A DNA stretch of 64,000 bases from Bacilli bacterium (GTDB lineage Bacteria > Bacillota_I > Bacilli_A > ML615J-28 > CAG-698): the NCBI GenBank assembly GCA_017450215.1, contig JAFSVH010000087.1:48287-112286 (forward strand), in the 5' to 3' direction. Numbering within the stretch: position 1 is the stretch's first letter; each line of letters starts with the position of its first letter. Position numbers and translations under genes: made by a program. The notes beneath the pieces were generated by a model, which was not told the origin of the DNA, made no database searches, and saw nothing but the letters and a program-made list of their open reading frames with translations. Shown piece by piece: positions 9,760 to 20,215 of the stretch.

Positions 9760-11583
9760 ATGTTCAAATTTAAAAAAATATTTTTAATATTATGTATAGC
9801 ATTAACTATTTTTGTTATGACTGGATGTAAAGAAGAAGGTAATGACCCTGGTGGTAATACGGGTATAGTTACAAATTATTCAATTAATTTTGAATCTAAT
9901 GAAATATCTATTCGAGCTGGACAAGAGGAAGAATTATCTTATTCAACAAACCTTCCTGTTGAATTAGAATGGGAAAGTGATAATGATAAAGTTGCTGTTG
10001 TTGAAGAAGGAATTGTAACAGCAATTGATGCTGGTGTTGCTAATATCACAGCTAAAGGAACTGTCAATGGTGAAAGTTTTACTGCTAGTGTCAAAGTAAC
10101 TGTTACTAAAAAAGGTCCAAGCACTTTTAATGTTACAATAGGTGATAAAACATACAGTATTGCAGCTGGTAAACCAGTCTCTGCTTTAATTATGTCATTA
10201 TATGATGGTATTTATGAAAAGAAAGAAGGTTATGCATTTGAAGGTTGGTATATAGATCCTGCCTTTACAGTTAGCTTTGATATTTATCAAACACTTGATA
10301 AAGATGTAACTATCTTTCCAAAATATCGTGAAACAAGTGATAAAGTTGGTACACCTCTTGAAATAAATAAAACACTAAAATACAATAGTGGACTTGCTAC
10401 TGATTTGGGTAATGTATTTACAATTTCACCTGCTTATACTGGAAAAATGGATACAGCTCAATTGAGTAATTATACTGTTGTAAGTGCAAGATATGATATT
10501 CAAAGTAGTAAATATAAAGTCGTAGGATATCAATCTGGTAATTATGAGGTTCCTTATGATGGTATGTTAATAGGTATTAAGAATAGTTGGGAAAAATGTG
10601 ATGAAACATTACTTAAACTTATGACAGGTGCTACATTTGATTTAAATACTTATAGTGTTAATACTGCTACTAAGATTTATTTTGATCGTCAAATGGATAG
10701 TGGAAATGTTTATGAAGTAACTCCAGCAACTCTATCTTGTTCATTCTGTTCTGCTTATGATGTTACTTATGATAAATATTTATATACTAAGAATGGTGAT
10801 GGTAAAGCTTATCCTGCATCTACTACTAAGATAATTACAGCTATAACAGCATTGAAATATGCAAAGCCAACAGATACATATACAATTGGCAGTGAACTTG
10901 ATGTTATGTATCAAGGATCAAGTCCAAGTACAGCTGGACTTGTAAAGGGTCAAGTATGGACTTTACATCAATTATTATATGCTACTTTACTTCCTTCAGG
11001 AAATGATGCTGCATATGCTGTTGCAGCTCTTTGCATGGATGTAAAAGAACCTGGTAATAAATATGGAGCAAGAGAAAAGATAGATAAGTTTGCTGAATTG
11101 ATGAATGAAACTGCTAGAGAAGTAGGAGCAACTAATTCTCATTTCATGGTTCCTGATGGTAATAGTTATTATAAATCTAATGGTGCATGGGATGATAGAA
11201 TTACATATCATTATGTTACTGCTAATGATATGGTTAAGATTTGTAAATATGCTCTTACAATGGGTGAGTTTGCTGAAGTTGTTTCAACTCCAAGTGTAAC
11301 ATTTACTCTTGCTAATGGTAAACAATATTCATTTAATAATACTAATAATTTGATTAAACCATCTACTAGTTATTATTTAAGTGGCACAATTGGAATTAAG
11401 ACAGGTACAACTAATCCTGCTGGTAATTGTTTAATTACTGCAGTTGAATACAATGGTAGAGTAATTATTGTTGCTGTTCTTAATGCTAAAACATCAGCTA
11501 ATAGAAATATAGATTCTTTGAAAGTATATAGAGCTATATTCCCAGAAAGAACTGATGCAAGTTTAGTAAATTATGGTAAATAA
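9760..11583 (+). CDS. Lipoprotein with Big_2-like N-terminal domain and C-terminal S11 D-alanyl-D-alanine carboxypeptidase domain
   Basis: Lipobox 'LTIFVMTGCK'. PBP5-type motifs SxxK ('ASTTK'), SxN ('PSGND'), KTG ('KTGTT'). Confidence 0.65.
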   Translation: MFKFKKIFLILCIALTIFVMTGCKEEGNDPGGNTGIVTNYSINFESNEISIRAGQEEELSYSTNLPVELEWESDNDKVAVVEEGIVTAIDAGVANITAKGTVNGESFTASVKVTVTKKGPSTFNVTIGDKTYSIAAGKPVSALIMSLYDGIYEKKEGYAFEGWYIDPAFTVSFDIYQTLDKDVTIFPKYRETSDKVGTPLEINKTLKYNSGLATDLGNVFTISPAYTGKMDTAQLSNYTVVSARYDIQSSKYKVVGYQSGNYEVPYDGMLIGIKNSWEKCDETLLKLMTGATFDLNTYSVNTATKIYFDRQMDSGNVYEVTPATLSCSFCSAYDVTYDKYLYTKNGDGKAYPASTTKIITAITALKYAKPTDTYTIGSELDVMYQGSSPSTAGLVKGQVWTLHQLLYATLLPSGNDAAYAVAALCMDVKEPGNKYGAREKIDKFAELMNETAREVGATNSHFMVPDGNSYYKSNGAWDDRITYHYVTANDMVKICKYALTMGEFAEVVSTPSVTFTLANGKQYSFNNTNNLIKPSTSYYLSGTIGIKTGTTNPAGNCLITAVEYNGRVIIVAVLNAKTSANRNIDSLKVYRAIFPERTDASLVNYGK

Positions 11584-11680
11584 ATTTGAATAAGATTTAA
11601 TAACGGGAGATTTAATTAGTTCAGGCATCATTTTAGAAAAACAAGATTTAAGTTTTTTTTGGTAAGAGGAGCGAAAGATT

Positions 11681-13165
11681 ATGCACGGAATTAAGAATTC
11701 TTTGGACAATAAACTATATTTAAAATTACAAGGAGATAAAATCCTTGAAAGAGTATCACAATTCGATAAATTATATATTGAATTTGGTGGTAAATTATTT
11801 GATGATTATCATGCATCACGCGTTTTTAAAGGCTTTGAAATTGATTCAAAAGTAAGTGTACTATATAGTTTGAGAAGTAAAATTGAAATATTGATAGTTA
11901 TTAATTCTGATGATATTCAAAAATCAAAAGTAAGAAGTGATATTGGTTTATCATATGATAATGATGTTCTATATATGATTGATGAATATGAAAGTAAGAA
12001 ATTGTCAGTTTGTGGAGTTGTTTTAACTCATTTCAATAATCAACCTTCAGCAATTCAATTTAGAGAAAAATTAGATAATTTAGGAATTAAAACTTATTTA
12101 CATTATGTAATTGAAGGTTATCCTAAGAATATTGAAAAGATATTGAGTGAAGAAGGTTTTGGTATGAATGAATATGTTGAAACGACGAAGCCTATCATTG
12201 TTGTCACTGCACCTGGTCCAGGTAGTGGAAAGATGGCAACATGTTTATCTCAACTATATAATGAAAATGTTCATGGAATTAAAGCAGGGTACGCAAAATA
12301 TGAAACATTCCCTGTTTGGAATTTGCCACTTAAGCATCCAGTAAATCTTGCATATGAAGCTGCTACTGCAGATTTAAATGATGTTAATATGATTGATAAT
12401 TTCCATTTAGATGCTTATGGAGTATCTGCTGTTAATTATAATCGTGATATAGAAGTATTCCCAATATTAGAAAAGATATTTGCTAATATTTATGGTGAAA
12501 GTCCATATAAGTCACCAACTGATATGGGAGTAAATATGATAGGTTTTGCTATTATCGATGATGAAGCAGCACGGGAAAGTAGCAAGCAAGAAATAATTAG
12601 AAGATATTATGATGCTAAAAGCAATGTGAAAATTGGAAAGATGAAAGAAGAGGCTCTTGATAAGATAGAATTAATTATGAGTCAAATGGACATCAATCCA
12701 GAAGAAAGGGTTTGTGTTGCTGCTGCTTTACAAAAAGAAAAAGAAGCAGGTGTTCCTGCAGTTGCAATTGAACTTAATAATGGAAAGATAATTACTGGAA
12801 AAAGAAGTGATTTGTTTGAAGCGGAAAGTGCAGCTATCATCAATGCTATTAAATTATATGCCAAAGTAGATGATGAAATGCCATTACTTTCATATTCTAT
12901 TATTGAGCCTATTCAACAATTAAAACTAACAAAATTAAAGAGAAAGTCAGCTAGACTTACTCTTGATGAAGTGTTAATTACATTATCTATCAATGCAACA
13001 ACTAATGCAATGGCTCAAAAAGCATTAGAACAGTTGCCTAAATTAGCAGGTGCTCAAATGCATTCATCAATTATGTTGTTCCCTGATGCTCTAGCAACAT
13101 TAAAGAAACTAAAAATTGATGTTACTAGTGAGCCAATTCAAGATACAAAATTAATGCAAAGATAG
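11681..13165 (+). CDS. UPF0371 / DUF1846 family protein
   Basis: Strong resemblance to the conserved Firmicutes UPF0371 family: 'VVTAPGPGSGKMATCLSQLYNE', 'FPVWNLPLKHPVNLAYEAATADLNDVNMID'. Length 494 aa matches the family. Confidence 0.7.
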   Translation: MHGIKNSLDNKLYLKLQGDKILERVSQFDKLYIEFGGKLFDDYHASRVFKGFEIDSKVSVLYSLRSKIEILIVINSDDIQKSKVRSDIGLSYDNDVLYMIDEYESKKLSVCGVVLTHFNNQPSAIQFREKLDNLGIKTYLHYVIEGYPKNIEKILSEEGFGMNEYVETTKPIIVVTAPGPGSGKMATCLSQLYNENVHGIKAGYAKYETFPVWNLPLKHPVNLAYEAATADLNDVNMIDNFHLDAYGVSAVNYNRDIEVFPILEKIFANIYGESPYKSPTDMGVNMIGFAIIDDEAARESSKQEIIRRYYDAKSNVKIGKMKEEALDKIELIMSQMDINPEERVCVAAALQKEKEAGVPAVAIELNNGKIITGKRSDLFEAESAAIINAIKLYAKVDDEMPLLSYSIIEPIQQLKLTKLKRKSARLTLDEVLITLSINATTNAMAQKALEQLPKLAGAQMHSSIMLFPDALATLKKLKIDVTSEPIQDTKLMQR

Positions 13166-13222
13166 ATTAAATATATAGTCTCTGTTAATTAATTTGTTGA
13201 AATGTAATATTTTTAATATTAT

Positions 13223-13262
13223 AAAAAGAGAAGCGATATTTTATTAATATCGTTTCTCTTTA
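13223..13262. terminator. Bidirectional rho-independent terminator between convergent genes
   Basis: AAAAAGAGAAGCGATATT ... AATATCGTTTCTCTTT: 15-bp inverted repeat flanked by an A-run and a T-run. Confidence 0.6.
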
Positions 13263-13299
13263 TTTATTTTAATAATTATTTATTAATAATTATTTATAA

Positions 13300-15114
13300 T
13301 TATTTATTTATTTTACCAGTCTTAGGATCAACACCTAATCTCTTTAGTGTTTCCACAACGTAGCTTTCTTTATATTCATCTTCAGGTTTACGATTGTAAT
13401 ATGAGATGAAGAATTCTTCATTTGCTTTCTTGTAATCAATCTTTGCAAGATTAGCAATAATTCTAGTTGATCTATCGATTAACTTTTTATTAGTAGGTAA
13501 TACTTGAATCATCCAGTTACCCCATACACGACCCATCTTTGCCATTGTTGCAGTTGATAATGTATTGAAGATAAGTTTGATTGCTAAATGATACATAATA
13601 TCTTGGCAAGTGAATGGTACATCAATTGGGATGTGGATTTCATTTGAATATAATTTCTTCTTTGGATCAAATTTACCAATTCTAATTACTAGTCCACCAC
13701 TAAATTTAGAAACATTGTCATTGAACCACTTCATTACTTTTTCATTAGCAGATCCGTTAACATCGATTACTACAAGTTGAGATACTTCTCTTGAATATCT
13801 ACTTGGATCATCTTCATTACCGATATTGTATTTTAATACTTGTTCACTGCCAACTTTTGGAGGATTGTTAACGATATCTTTTTCAGCGTTCATTCTTACA
13901 TAATCTTCACTAGTCCAGTCTAAACCTTTGATAGGACGACGGAATACATGTTGCCATGCTACATCACTAGGATATAGTGGATCTTTAATGTATGCCCAAC
14001 TTAAGTTGTCTGTAACTTCATCAAACATTTTGAATGGAGGAAGTGTGAATGTAGGTTGACGTTCAGTTGTGTCTGTCATGATATCAAGTAGATAATCATG
14101 AGTTACATAAGTGATTAAACCTTTTTGTTCATATGTTGCAGCTTCGAAATCTACAGCTTTTGCAATTCCTCTTACAGTTTTACCACTTGATAATTGCTTT
14201 GATAGATTTTCAAACCATGTAGCATATTCTTGTGGTTCTAAAGCGATTGTGCCTAAAGTATCAAGTTCTGCTTTTGATAGATTTTCTTCTAACCACATTT
14301 TAGATGCAAGTTCTAGTGCAGCACCAGCAACTAATAATTCAACTGTAGTTACTTGCATACGTGTAGAACCAGCAACAGCCATATTGCCAACGAATAATGG
14401 AAGTTTGATTATTTTTTCTTCTTCAAATACAACACGAACTCTGTCTAAGTATTTGCAAAGAATCTCTTTTGGATTACAGAATAGATAGAAAGTAGTACAA
14501 CCTTGTCTAATTCCTTCTAATACTGAACCATTGATACTAGCAGATAATCCACATTCAGATAATCCAACTAATACATCACCTTCATGAATGTCAGCTTCAA
14601 TAACTTGTTGTGCACCAAAAGTCATATAGTCTTCAAAGTTTTCAACTGATCTAACTAATGCTCTATCTCCACCTGTTGTGAAAGATGATACAACTTCTGT
14701 TAATTTTGCAAATTGTTCATGACGCTCTGGTAAAACTTGAGTTAAGCCATTCCAGAATTTTCTCCAATCAGAATCAAGTGTGATAGCCATTCTTCCACTA
14801 GCACCAACTGATGAGAATACAACTTTCTTGCCTTCATCCATTGCTCTTTTTATTTCTTTAACCATGAATTTGAATTCTTCTGTTTCGAAGCATTCACTTG
14901 CTTTTTTTGCAATGTACTTATCAGCTTTGTAAACAGTTTGAACACCTTTTACAGTACTCTTTTGAATGTCATAGCTTAAGTTCTTTGTTAATGGATTTGA
15001 TTGTTCTGTAGGTATAACACCTAAGTGAAATTGCTTTTCATTCTCTAAAAAATCTTTAGAGGCAGCTTTGTAATTGTCTATTGTCTTATAAATCATATTT
15101 TTCTCCTTTTTCAA
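13300..15114 (-). CDS. Two-SIS-domain protein of the MurQ/GckR (N-acetylmuramic acid 6-phosphate etherase / glucokinase-regulator-like) family
   Basis: 'VVFSSVGASGRMA' and 'AGSTRMQVTTVELLVAGA' resemble the SIS-domain motifs of MurQ/GckR. 604 aa length fits the double-SIS GckR-like architecture. No search run. Confidence 0.35.
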   Translation of the reverse strand: MKKEKNMIYKTIDNYKAASKDFLENEKQFHLGVIPTEQSNPLTKNLSYDIQKSTVKGVQTVYKADKYIAKKASECFETEEFKFMVKEIKRAMDEGKKVVFSSVGASGRMAITLDSDWRKFWNGLTQVLPERHEQFAKLTEVVSSFTTGGDRALVRSVENFEDYMTFGAQQVIEADIHEGDVLVGLSECGLSASINGSVLEGIRQGCTTFYLFCNPKEILCKYLDRVRVVFEEEKIIKLPLFVGNMAVAGSTRMQVTTVELLVAGAALELASKMWLEENLSKAELDTLGTIALEPQEYATWFENLSKQLSSGKTVRGIAKAVDFEAATYEQKGLITYVTHDYLLDIMTDTTERQPTFTLPPFKMFDEVTDNLSWAYIKDPLYPSDVAWQHVFRRPIKGLDWTSEDYVRMNAEKDIVNNPPKVGSEQVLKYNIGNEDDPSRYSREVSQLVVIDVNGSANEKVMKWFNDNVSKFSGGLVIRIGKFDPKKKLYSNEIHIPIDVPFTCQDIMYHLAIKLIFNTLSTATMAKMGRVWGNWMIQVLPTNKKLIDRSTRIIANLAKIDYKKANEEFFISYYNRKPEDEYKESYVVETLKRLGVDPKTGKINK

Positions 15115-15288
15115 CTTACAAGATTTTTACATATAGGATTATAGCACTTTTTTTCAATAATAACAATTGTTATGTAATAAATGTTACTTATTGTATTTAT
15201 TAAGATTTATTGATTGTTATATTTTGGGGTTTGTGATAAAATGATATAAATAGCAAATAAATATTGAATATTAAAAAAGGAGTATAAT

Positions 15289-16611
15289 ATGAAAGATATT
15301 AAATTAGAAGAAATTAAAAAGTATAATGAATCTTATGATGGTAATTTTAAAAGACGTTTAATGGAAAATGTATTAAAATCTACAGCCATTGATGTTAGTG
15401 TAAGAATTAGTGATAAGGCTAAAGATACACTTCATAATTTTGAAGTTGACATTGATACAATGAGTGCTCCACATCAATATTCTAGTGGTAGATGTTGGAT
15501 TTTTGCTGGAACTAATGTATTACGTGAAATCGTAAAGAAAAAATGTAATCTTGATAATTTTGAATTATCACAAAGTTATATATCATTCTTTGATCGTTTT
15601 GAAAAAGCTAATTATTTATTAGAAGCTGTAATTGAATTAAAAGATGTATGCCATGATGATAGAACATTAGCTAGATTATTAGAAATCGGTGTTCAAGATG
15701 GTGGACAATGGGATATGTTTGTTAACGTTGTGAAAAAATATGGTGTATGTCCAAAGAGTGTATATAATGAAACTTTCCAATCAAATAATACACGTCAAAT
15801 GAATAGCGTTATTAACGTATTGATTAGAAGATTTGCTGCTTTTGCATCTCGCAATAAAGATAATATTGAATTAATTAGAAAAGAAAAAGAAAAAGTAATT
15901 GCTTCAATTTATGAATTTATGTGTACATGCTTAGGAAAGCCAGTTGAAAAGTTCGATTTTGAATATGTGACTAAAGATAAAAAATATAATCTAGTTCAAG
16001 ATTTAACACCAATAGAGTTTTATGATAAATATGTTGGCTGTGATTTAGATGAATATGTAAGTATTATTAATGCACCAACAAAAGATAAACCTTATTATAA
16101 TGTATTTACTGTTAAATACTTAGGTAATGTTGTTGGTGGAAAAGATATTAAATATTTGAATTTGCCAATTGAAGAATTTAAAGAATTATGTGTTAAACAA
16201 TTAAAAGATGGCCAAATTACTTGGTTTGGTTGTGATTGTGGAAAATATGGAAGTAGACAAGATGGCATTTGGGATAATGAAAGCTATGATTATCTTGGTG
16301 CATTTGATTTTGATCTTAAAGTAAGTAAAGAAGATATGCTTGATTATTATGTTAGTTCAATGGACCATGCTATGGTATTAACTGGAGTTAGTTTCAAAAA
16401 TGGTAAAGTAACTAAATGGAAGATTGAAAATAGTTGGGGAACTGACCACGCTAATAAAGGATATTATTTAATGAGTGATAGTTGGTTTGATAATTTTGTA
16501 TATCAAGCAGTTATTAATAAGAAATATCTAAGTGAAGAACAAAAGGCTGCTCTTGATAAAGATTTAATTAAATTAGAGCCTTGGGATCCAATGGGTACTC
16601 TTGCTGACTAA
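15289..16611 (+). CDS. pepC: Aminopeptidase C (bleomycin hydrolase family, peptidase C1B)
   Basis: Active-site block 'QYSSGRCWIFAGTN'. C-terminal 'ENSWGTDHANKGYYLMSDSWF'. 440 aa. Confidence 0.85.
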   Translation: MKDIKLEEIKKYNESYDGNFKRRLMENVLKSTAIDVSVRISDKAKDTLHNFEVDIDTMSAPHQYSSGRCWIFAGTNVLREIVKKKCNLDNFELSQSYISFFDRFEKANYLLEAVIELKDVCHDDRTLARLLEIGVQDGGQWDMFVNVVKKYGVCPKSVYNETFQSNNTRQMNSVINVLIRRFAAFASRNKDNIELIRKEKEKVIASIYEFMCTCLGKPVEKFDFEYVTKDKKYNLVQDLTPIEFYDKYVGCDLDEYVSIINAPTKDKPYYNVFTVKYLGNVVGGKDIKYLNLPIEEFKELCVKQLKDGQITWFGCDCGKYGSRQDGIWDNESYDYLGAFDFDLKVSKEDMLDYYVSSMDHAMVLTGVSFKNGKVTKWKIENSWGTDHANKGYYLMSDSWFDNFVYQAVINKKYLSEEQKAALDKDLIKLEPWDPMGTLAD

Positions 16612-16625
16612 TTAAGGGAATGTAA

Positions 16626-17270
16626 ATGAATAGTATTAGTAAGGGTAAATTATTAGATATTATTGCAATTTGTAGTACTTTATTGCTTTTTACAAATCTT
16701 GGTGCTTATAAAATACTTTACTCAGTACTAATCATTTATGGTTTTATTACAATAATTTTATATTTGATTCATTTAGATAATCTACATGGTGAGAGTAAGA
16801 CAATAGATTTAATATTAGGTATAATAAAACTAATTGGTGGTTTTACGTTATTATCTCTTCATAATTTGTTTGGTGATTATTATAAGCATATTATCTTATT
16901 CATTTGTTTATTACATGGTATAGGTAGAATGTTTATTAATAGCCATCGTGGATTAATCTTAAAGTTAGCTCAAATTGGAGTTGGTATATTATTTATTGCT
17001 TATGCAGTATTGAGTTTAGATTTTTTACATATAGGATTTTTAGGAGATTTTAAAACATCACTTTATGTGATGTTGGGTATTGTTTTTTTGGATATAATAA
17101 TTCTTGTTTTATCACGCATTCTTCCACGTAATGATTTAGAAAATGATGATGTTTCTATAAAATATGGTAGTGAAGAAGATAGAATAATGATGGAATATAA
17201 AAGTAAAATAAAACGGGATGAAGTTATTGATATAGATAAATTATTTAAGAATGAAGGAGAAGAAGTATGA
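16626..17270 (+). CDS. Integral membrane protein, unknown function
   Basis: 5-6 predicted TM segments. Stop overlaps the start of the next gene (ATGA). Confidence 0.4.
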   Translation: MNSISKGKLLDIIAICSTLLLFTNLGAYKILYSVLIIYGFITIILYLIHLDNLHGESKTIDLILGIIKLIGGFTLLSLHNLFGDYYKHIILFICLLHGIGRMFINSHRGLILKLAQIGVGILFIAYAVLSLDFLHIGFLGDFKTSLYVMLGIVFLDIIILVLSRILPRNDLENDDVSIKYGSEEDRIMMEYKSKIKRDEVIDIDKLFKNEGEEV

Positions 17271-17791
17271 AATATTGTAAAAACTGTGGTGGACAATTAG
17301 AAGATGATGCTAAGTTCTGTGTGTATTGCGGAAGCAAAGTAGAGGAAGTAAAAGAGGAAGTAGAAGTTGTTGAAGCGGAAGCTGTTGAAGTTGCATGTCC
17401 TATTTGTGGAACAAAAGTTTCAAGCAATGAAACAAATTGTCCAGTATGTGGTGCATTAATTAAAAAAGATTATTATAAAAAAGAAGTGACAGCTAATACA
17501 TCAAGCAAGAAAAAAGACCCTGTGATGATGGTGGGCTTTATATGCTCAATTGCTGGTTTTATTTTTAGCGGTAATGTTTTTGCTTTAATTATTTCTCTAG
17601 CTGGATCTATTATGGGTATTATTGGTATGTCAAGAGCAAAGACAAACAATAGCCCTAAAGGCTTTGCTGTAGCTGCTATTATTGTTGGTTTTGTTGGAAT
17701 TGCTACATCATTATTCTGGATTGCTTTCGGTGATCAAATTATGGCATATTTAAAAGAAATGATGGAACAATTAGCAAATGGAATGAATTAA
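17267..17791 (+). CDS. Zinc-ribbon domain membrane protein
   Basis: Two CxxC-x-CxxC ribbons ('CKNCGG...CVYCGS', 'CPICGT...CPVCGA') followed by TM helices. Translationally coupled to the upstream gene. Confidence 0.45.
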   Translation: MKYCKNCGGQLEDDAKFCVYCGSKVEEVKEEVEVVEAEAVEVACPICGTKVSSNETNCPVCGALIKKDYYKKEVTANTSSKKKDPVMMVGFICSIAGFIFSGNVFALIISLAGSIMGIIGMSRAKTNNSPKGFAVAAIIVGFVGIATSLFWIAFGDQIMAYLKEMMEQLANGMN

Positions 17792-17801
17792 GAGGTTTTT
17801 T

Positions 17802-19565
17802 ATGAATTGGGATTTAACATATTTATTTAAAGATGAACAAGAATTTGAAAAAGCATTTAATGAATCAAAAGAAATGGTTCAAAAGCTTGCTTCATTTAAA
17901 GGCAAATTAGGATGTGAAGAAGATTTTGTTGCTTATTTAAAGTTATCAAAAGAAGCTGAACTTAAGTTTTCTAAGGTTTATTTATATTCTCATTTGAGAA
18001 GTGATTTAAATAAAAAAGACATGACAAGTGCTGCATTGTTCTCTCGTGTTATGGGATTATATCAATTGTATGCTACATCTACATCTTTTGAAGGCCCAGA
18101 GATTTTATCTTTAGGCAAAGATAAAGTAATGACTTTCATTGATAATAATAAAGATATTGAAGAATTTAGATTTAAAATGGATAAGATGTTCCATTCTAAT
18201 GATCATTTCTTAGATGAAAAGAGTGAAGAAATTATTGCTGTAATGAGTGAAGCATGTGGAAGAAGTAGAGAACTTTATAGTGCTTTATCAGTTGCAGATG
18301 GTAAAGGAGTAGAAGTAGAATTAAGTAGTGGTAAAGTTACTGTTACACAAGGTAACTGGAGAATGTTGATTAGTGGAGCTGATAATAAAGAAGATAGAAA
18401 GAAAGTATTTGAAGCTATATTCAATTATTATGAGGTTCATAAAAATACTTATGCAACTATTTATGAAGGAGCTATTCTTGCTAATAAAGCAAGGGCAAAA
18501 AATAGAAAATATGATTCTATTTTAGATAGTTATTTAAGTCCAAATAATATTCCTACTTCTGTATATTTAAATTTAGTTGATGTTGCTAGTAATAATAATG
18601 CTGGATTAAAGAAGTATATTAAATTACGTGAAAAATATCTAGGTTTAGATCGTCATAATACTTATGATAGATTTTTAGAATTAGCAAAATCTGATAAGAA
18701 ATATAGCTTTGAAGAAGCAAAAGAAATATTCTTTGCTTCAATCAAGGATTGTCCACAGGACTTCCAAGATAAAGCAAGAGAAGCATTACAAGATGGTTTT
18801 GTTGACGTGATGGAAAAAGATGGAAAGAGAAGTGGAGCTTATTCATCTAGTGTTAGTGATATTCATCCATTTATTCTTCTTAATTTCAATGGAACACTTG
18901 AAGATGTATTTACACTTGCTCATGAATCTGGTCATTCAATGCATACTTTATATAGTGAAGAGAGTCAACCAGCAATGCTACAAGATTATACAATCTTTGT
19001 TGCTGAAATTGCATCAACTTTCAATGAACATATGTTACTTGATTATTTGATGAAATCAGATAAGCTTGATAAGAATGATAAGATTATGTTACTTCAAAAG
19101 GCTATTGATGAAATCTATGCTACATTCTATCGTCAAACATTATTTGCTGAATATGAATTAAGAGCAAACAAGATGGCTGAAGAAGATAAACCAATTAATC
19201 ATGAAGTTTTATCACAAATCATGATTGATTTGTATAAACAATATTATGATATTGATATTACACCAGAACGTGTAAAGCAATATGTATGGGCTTATATACC
19301 ACATTTATTCTACACACCATTCTATGTATATCAATATGCAACATCTTTTTCAGCGAGTTTCAAACTTTATAAGAATGTAAAAGAAGGTGGCAAAGAAGCA
19401 TTTGATAGATATCTAGGTTTATTAAAGGCTGGTGGAAGTAAATATCCAATTGATGAAACTAGGGATGCTGGTGTTGATTTCACTAATAAAGAAACATTCA
19501 TGGCCGTTGTTGAAAGAGTTGATGATTTAGTTAATCAATTAGAAAAATTATTAGAAGAAAAATAA
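17802..19565 (+). CDS. pepF: Oligoendopeptidase F (M3B)
   Basis: Zinc-binding 'HESGHSMH' (HExxH). Overall M3B layout. 587 aa. Confidence 0.85.
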   Translation: MNWDLTYLFKDEQEFEKAFNESKEMVQKLASFKGKLGCEEDFVAYLKLSKEAELKFSKVYLYSHLRSDLNKKDMTSAALFSRVMGLYQLYATSTSFEGPEILSLGKDKVMTFIDNNKDIEEFRFKMDKMFHSNDHFLDEKSEEIIAVMSEACGRSRELYSALSVADGKGVEVELSSGKVTVTQGNWRMLISGADNKEDRKKVFEAIFNYYEVHKNTYATIYEGAILANKARAKNRKYDSILDSYLSPNNIPTSVYLNLVDVASNNNAGLKKYIKLREKYLGLDRHNTYDRFLELAKSDKKYSFEEAKEIFFASIKDCPQDFQDKAREALQDGFVDVMEKDGKRSGAYSSSVSDIHPFILLNFNGTLEDVFTLAHESGHSMHTLYSEESQPAMLQDYTIFVAEIASTFNEHMLLDYLMKSDKLDKNDKIMLLQKAIDEIYATFYRQTLFAEYELRANKMAEEDKPINHEVLSQIMIDLYKQYYDIDITPERVKQYVWAYIPHLFYTPFYVYQYATSFSASFKLYKNVKEGGKEAFDRYLGLLKAGGSKYPIDETRDAGVDFTNKETFMAVVERVDDLVNQLEKLLEEK

Positions 19566-19592
19566 TTATTACATTGGAGGACTAATGGATAA

Positions 19593-20204
19593 ATGGATAG
19601 AAATAGAATTAATAAAGTTCTTATTGAAACAAAAGATGTTAATCTTGTTGTTGCAAGTAAGTATTTAGATTCTAAAGGAATTCTAGAATTATATGAATAT
19701 GGTATTTGTAATTTTGGAGAGAATAGAGTTGATGCTTTTTTAGAAAAGTATGAACAATTAAAAGAATATAATATTACATGGCATTTTATTGGTCATCTCC
19801 AAAAGAATAAAGCCAAAAATGTGATTAATAAAATTGATTATTTGCATTCTTTAGATTCATTAGACCTTGCAAAAATAATAAATGATAAATGTGATAAGAA
19901 ATTGAAGTGTTTTGTTGAAGTGCATCTCACTTCATCAGAAACTAAAAATGGAGTTAGAGAAGAAAATTTAGATTTATTTATGGAAGAAATAAAAAAATAT
20001 CAAAAAGCTGATGTCATCGGTTTTATGACAATGGCTGATGTGAATCAAAATGATGATGAAAAAAGAGAAGTATTCCATAAATTAGCACTTCTTGCAAAAA
20101 AATATGATTTAAAAGAGTTGTCTATGGGCATGTCTTTAGATTATCATATTGCAATGGAAGAAGGTGCAACGTTTGTCCGTTTAGGTCACATTATTTGTGA
20201 TTAG
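19593..20204 (+). CDS. yggS: YggS-family pyridoxal-phosphate homeostasis protein
   Basis: 'VVASKY...NFGENRVD...WHFIGHLQKNKAK' conserved YggS blocks. About 200 aa. Confidence 0.7.
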   Translation: MDRNRINKVLIETKDVNLVVASKYLDSKGILELYEYGICNFGENRVDAFLEKYEQLKEYNITWHFIGHLQKNKAKNVINKIDYLHSLDSLDLAKIINDKCDKKLKCFVEVHLTSSETKNGVREENLDLFMEEIKKYQKADVIGFMTMADVNQNDDEKREVFHKLALLAKKYDLKELSMGMSLDYHIAMEEGATFVRLGHIICD

Positions 20205-20215
20205 GAGGTTTTATT

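Noticed and set aside
13263-13310. AATTATTTA-type AT-rich mini-repeats after the bidirectional terminator
   Set aside because: Low-complexity AT-rich sequence overlapping the 3' end of the minus-strand gene. No phasing or conserved core like the 44.8-kb iterons.
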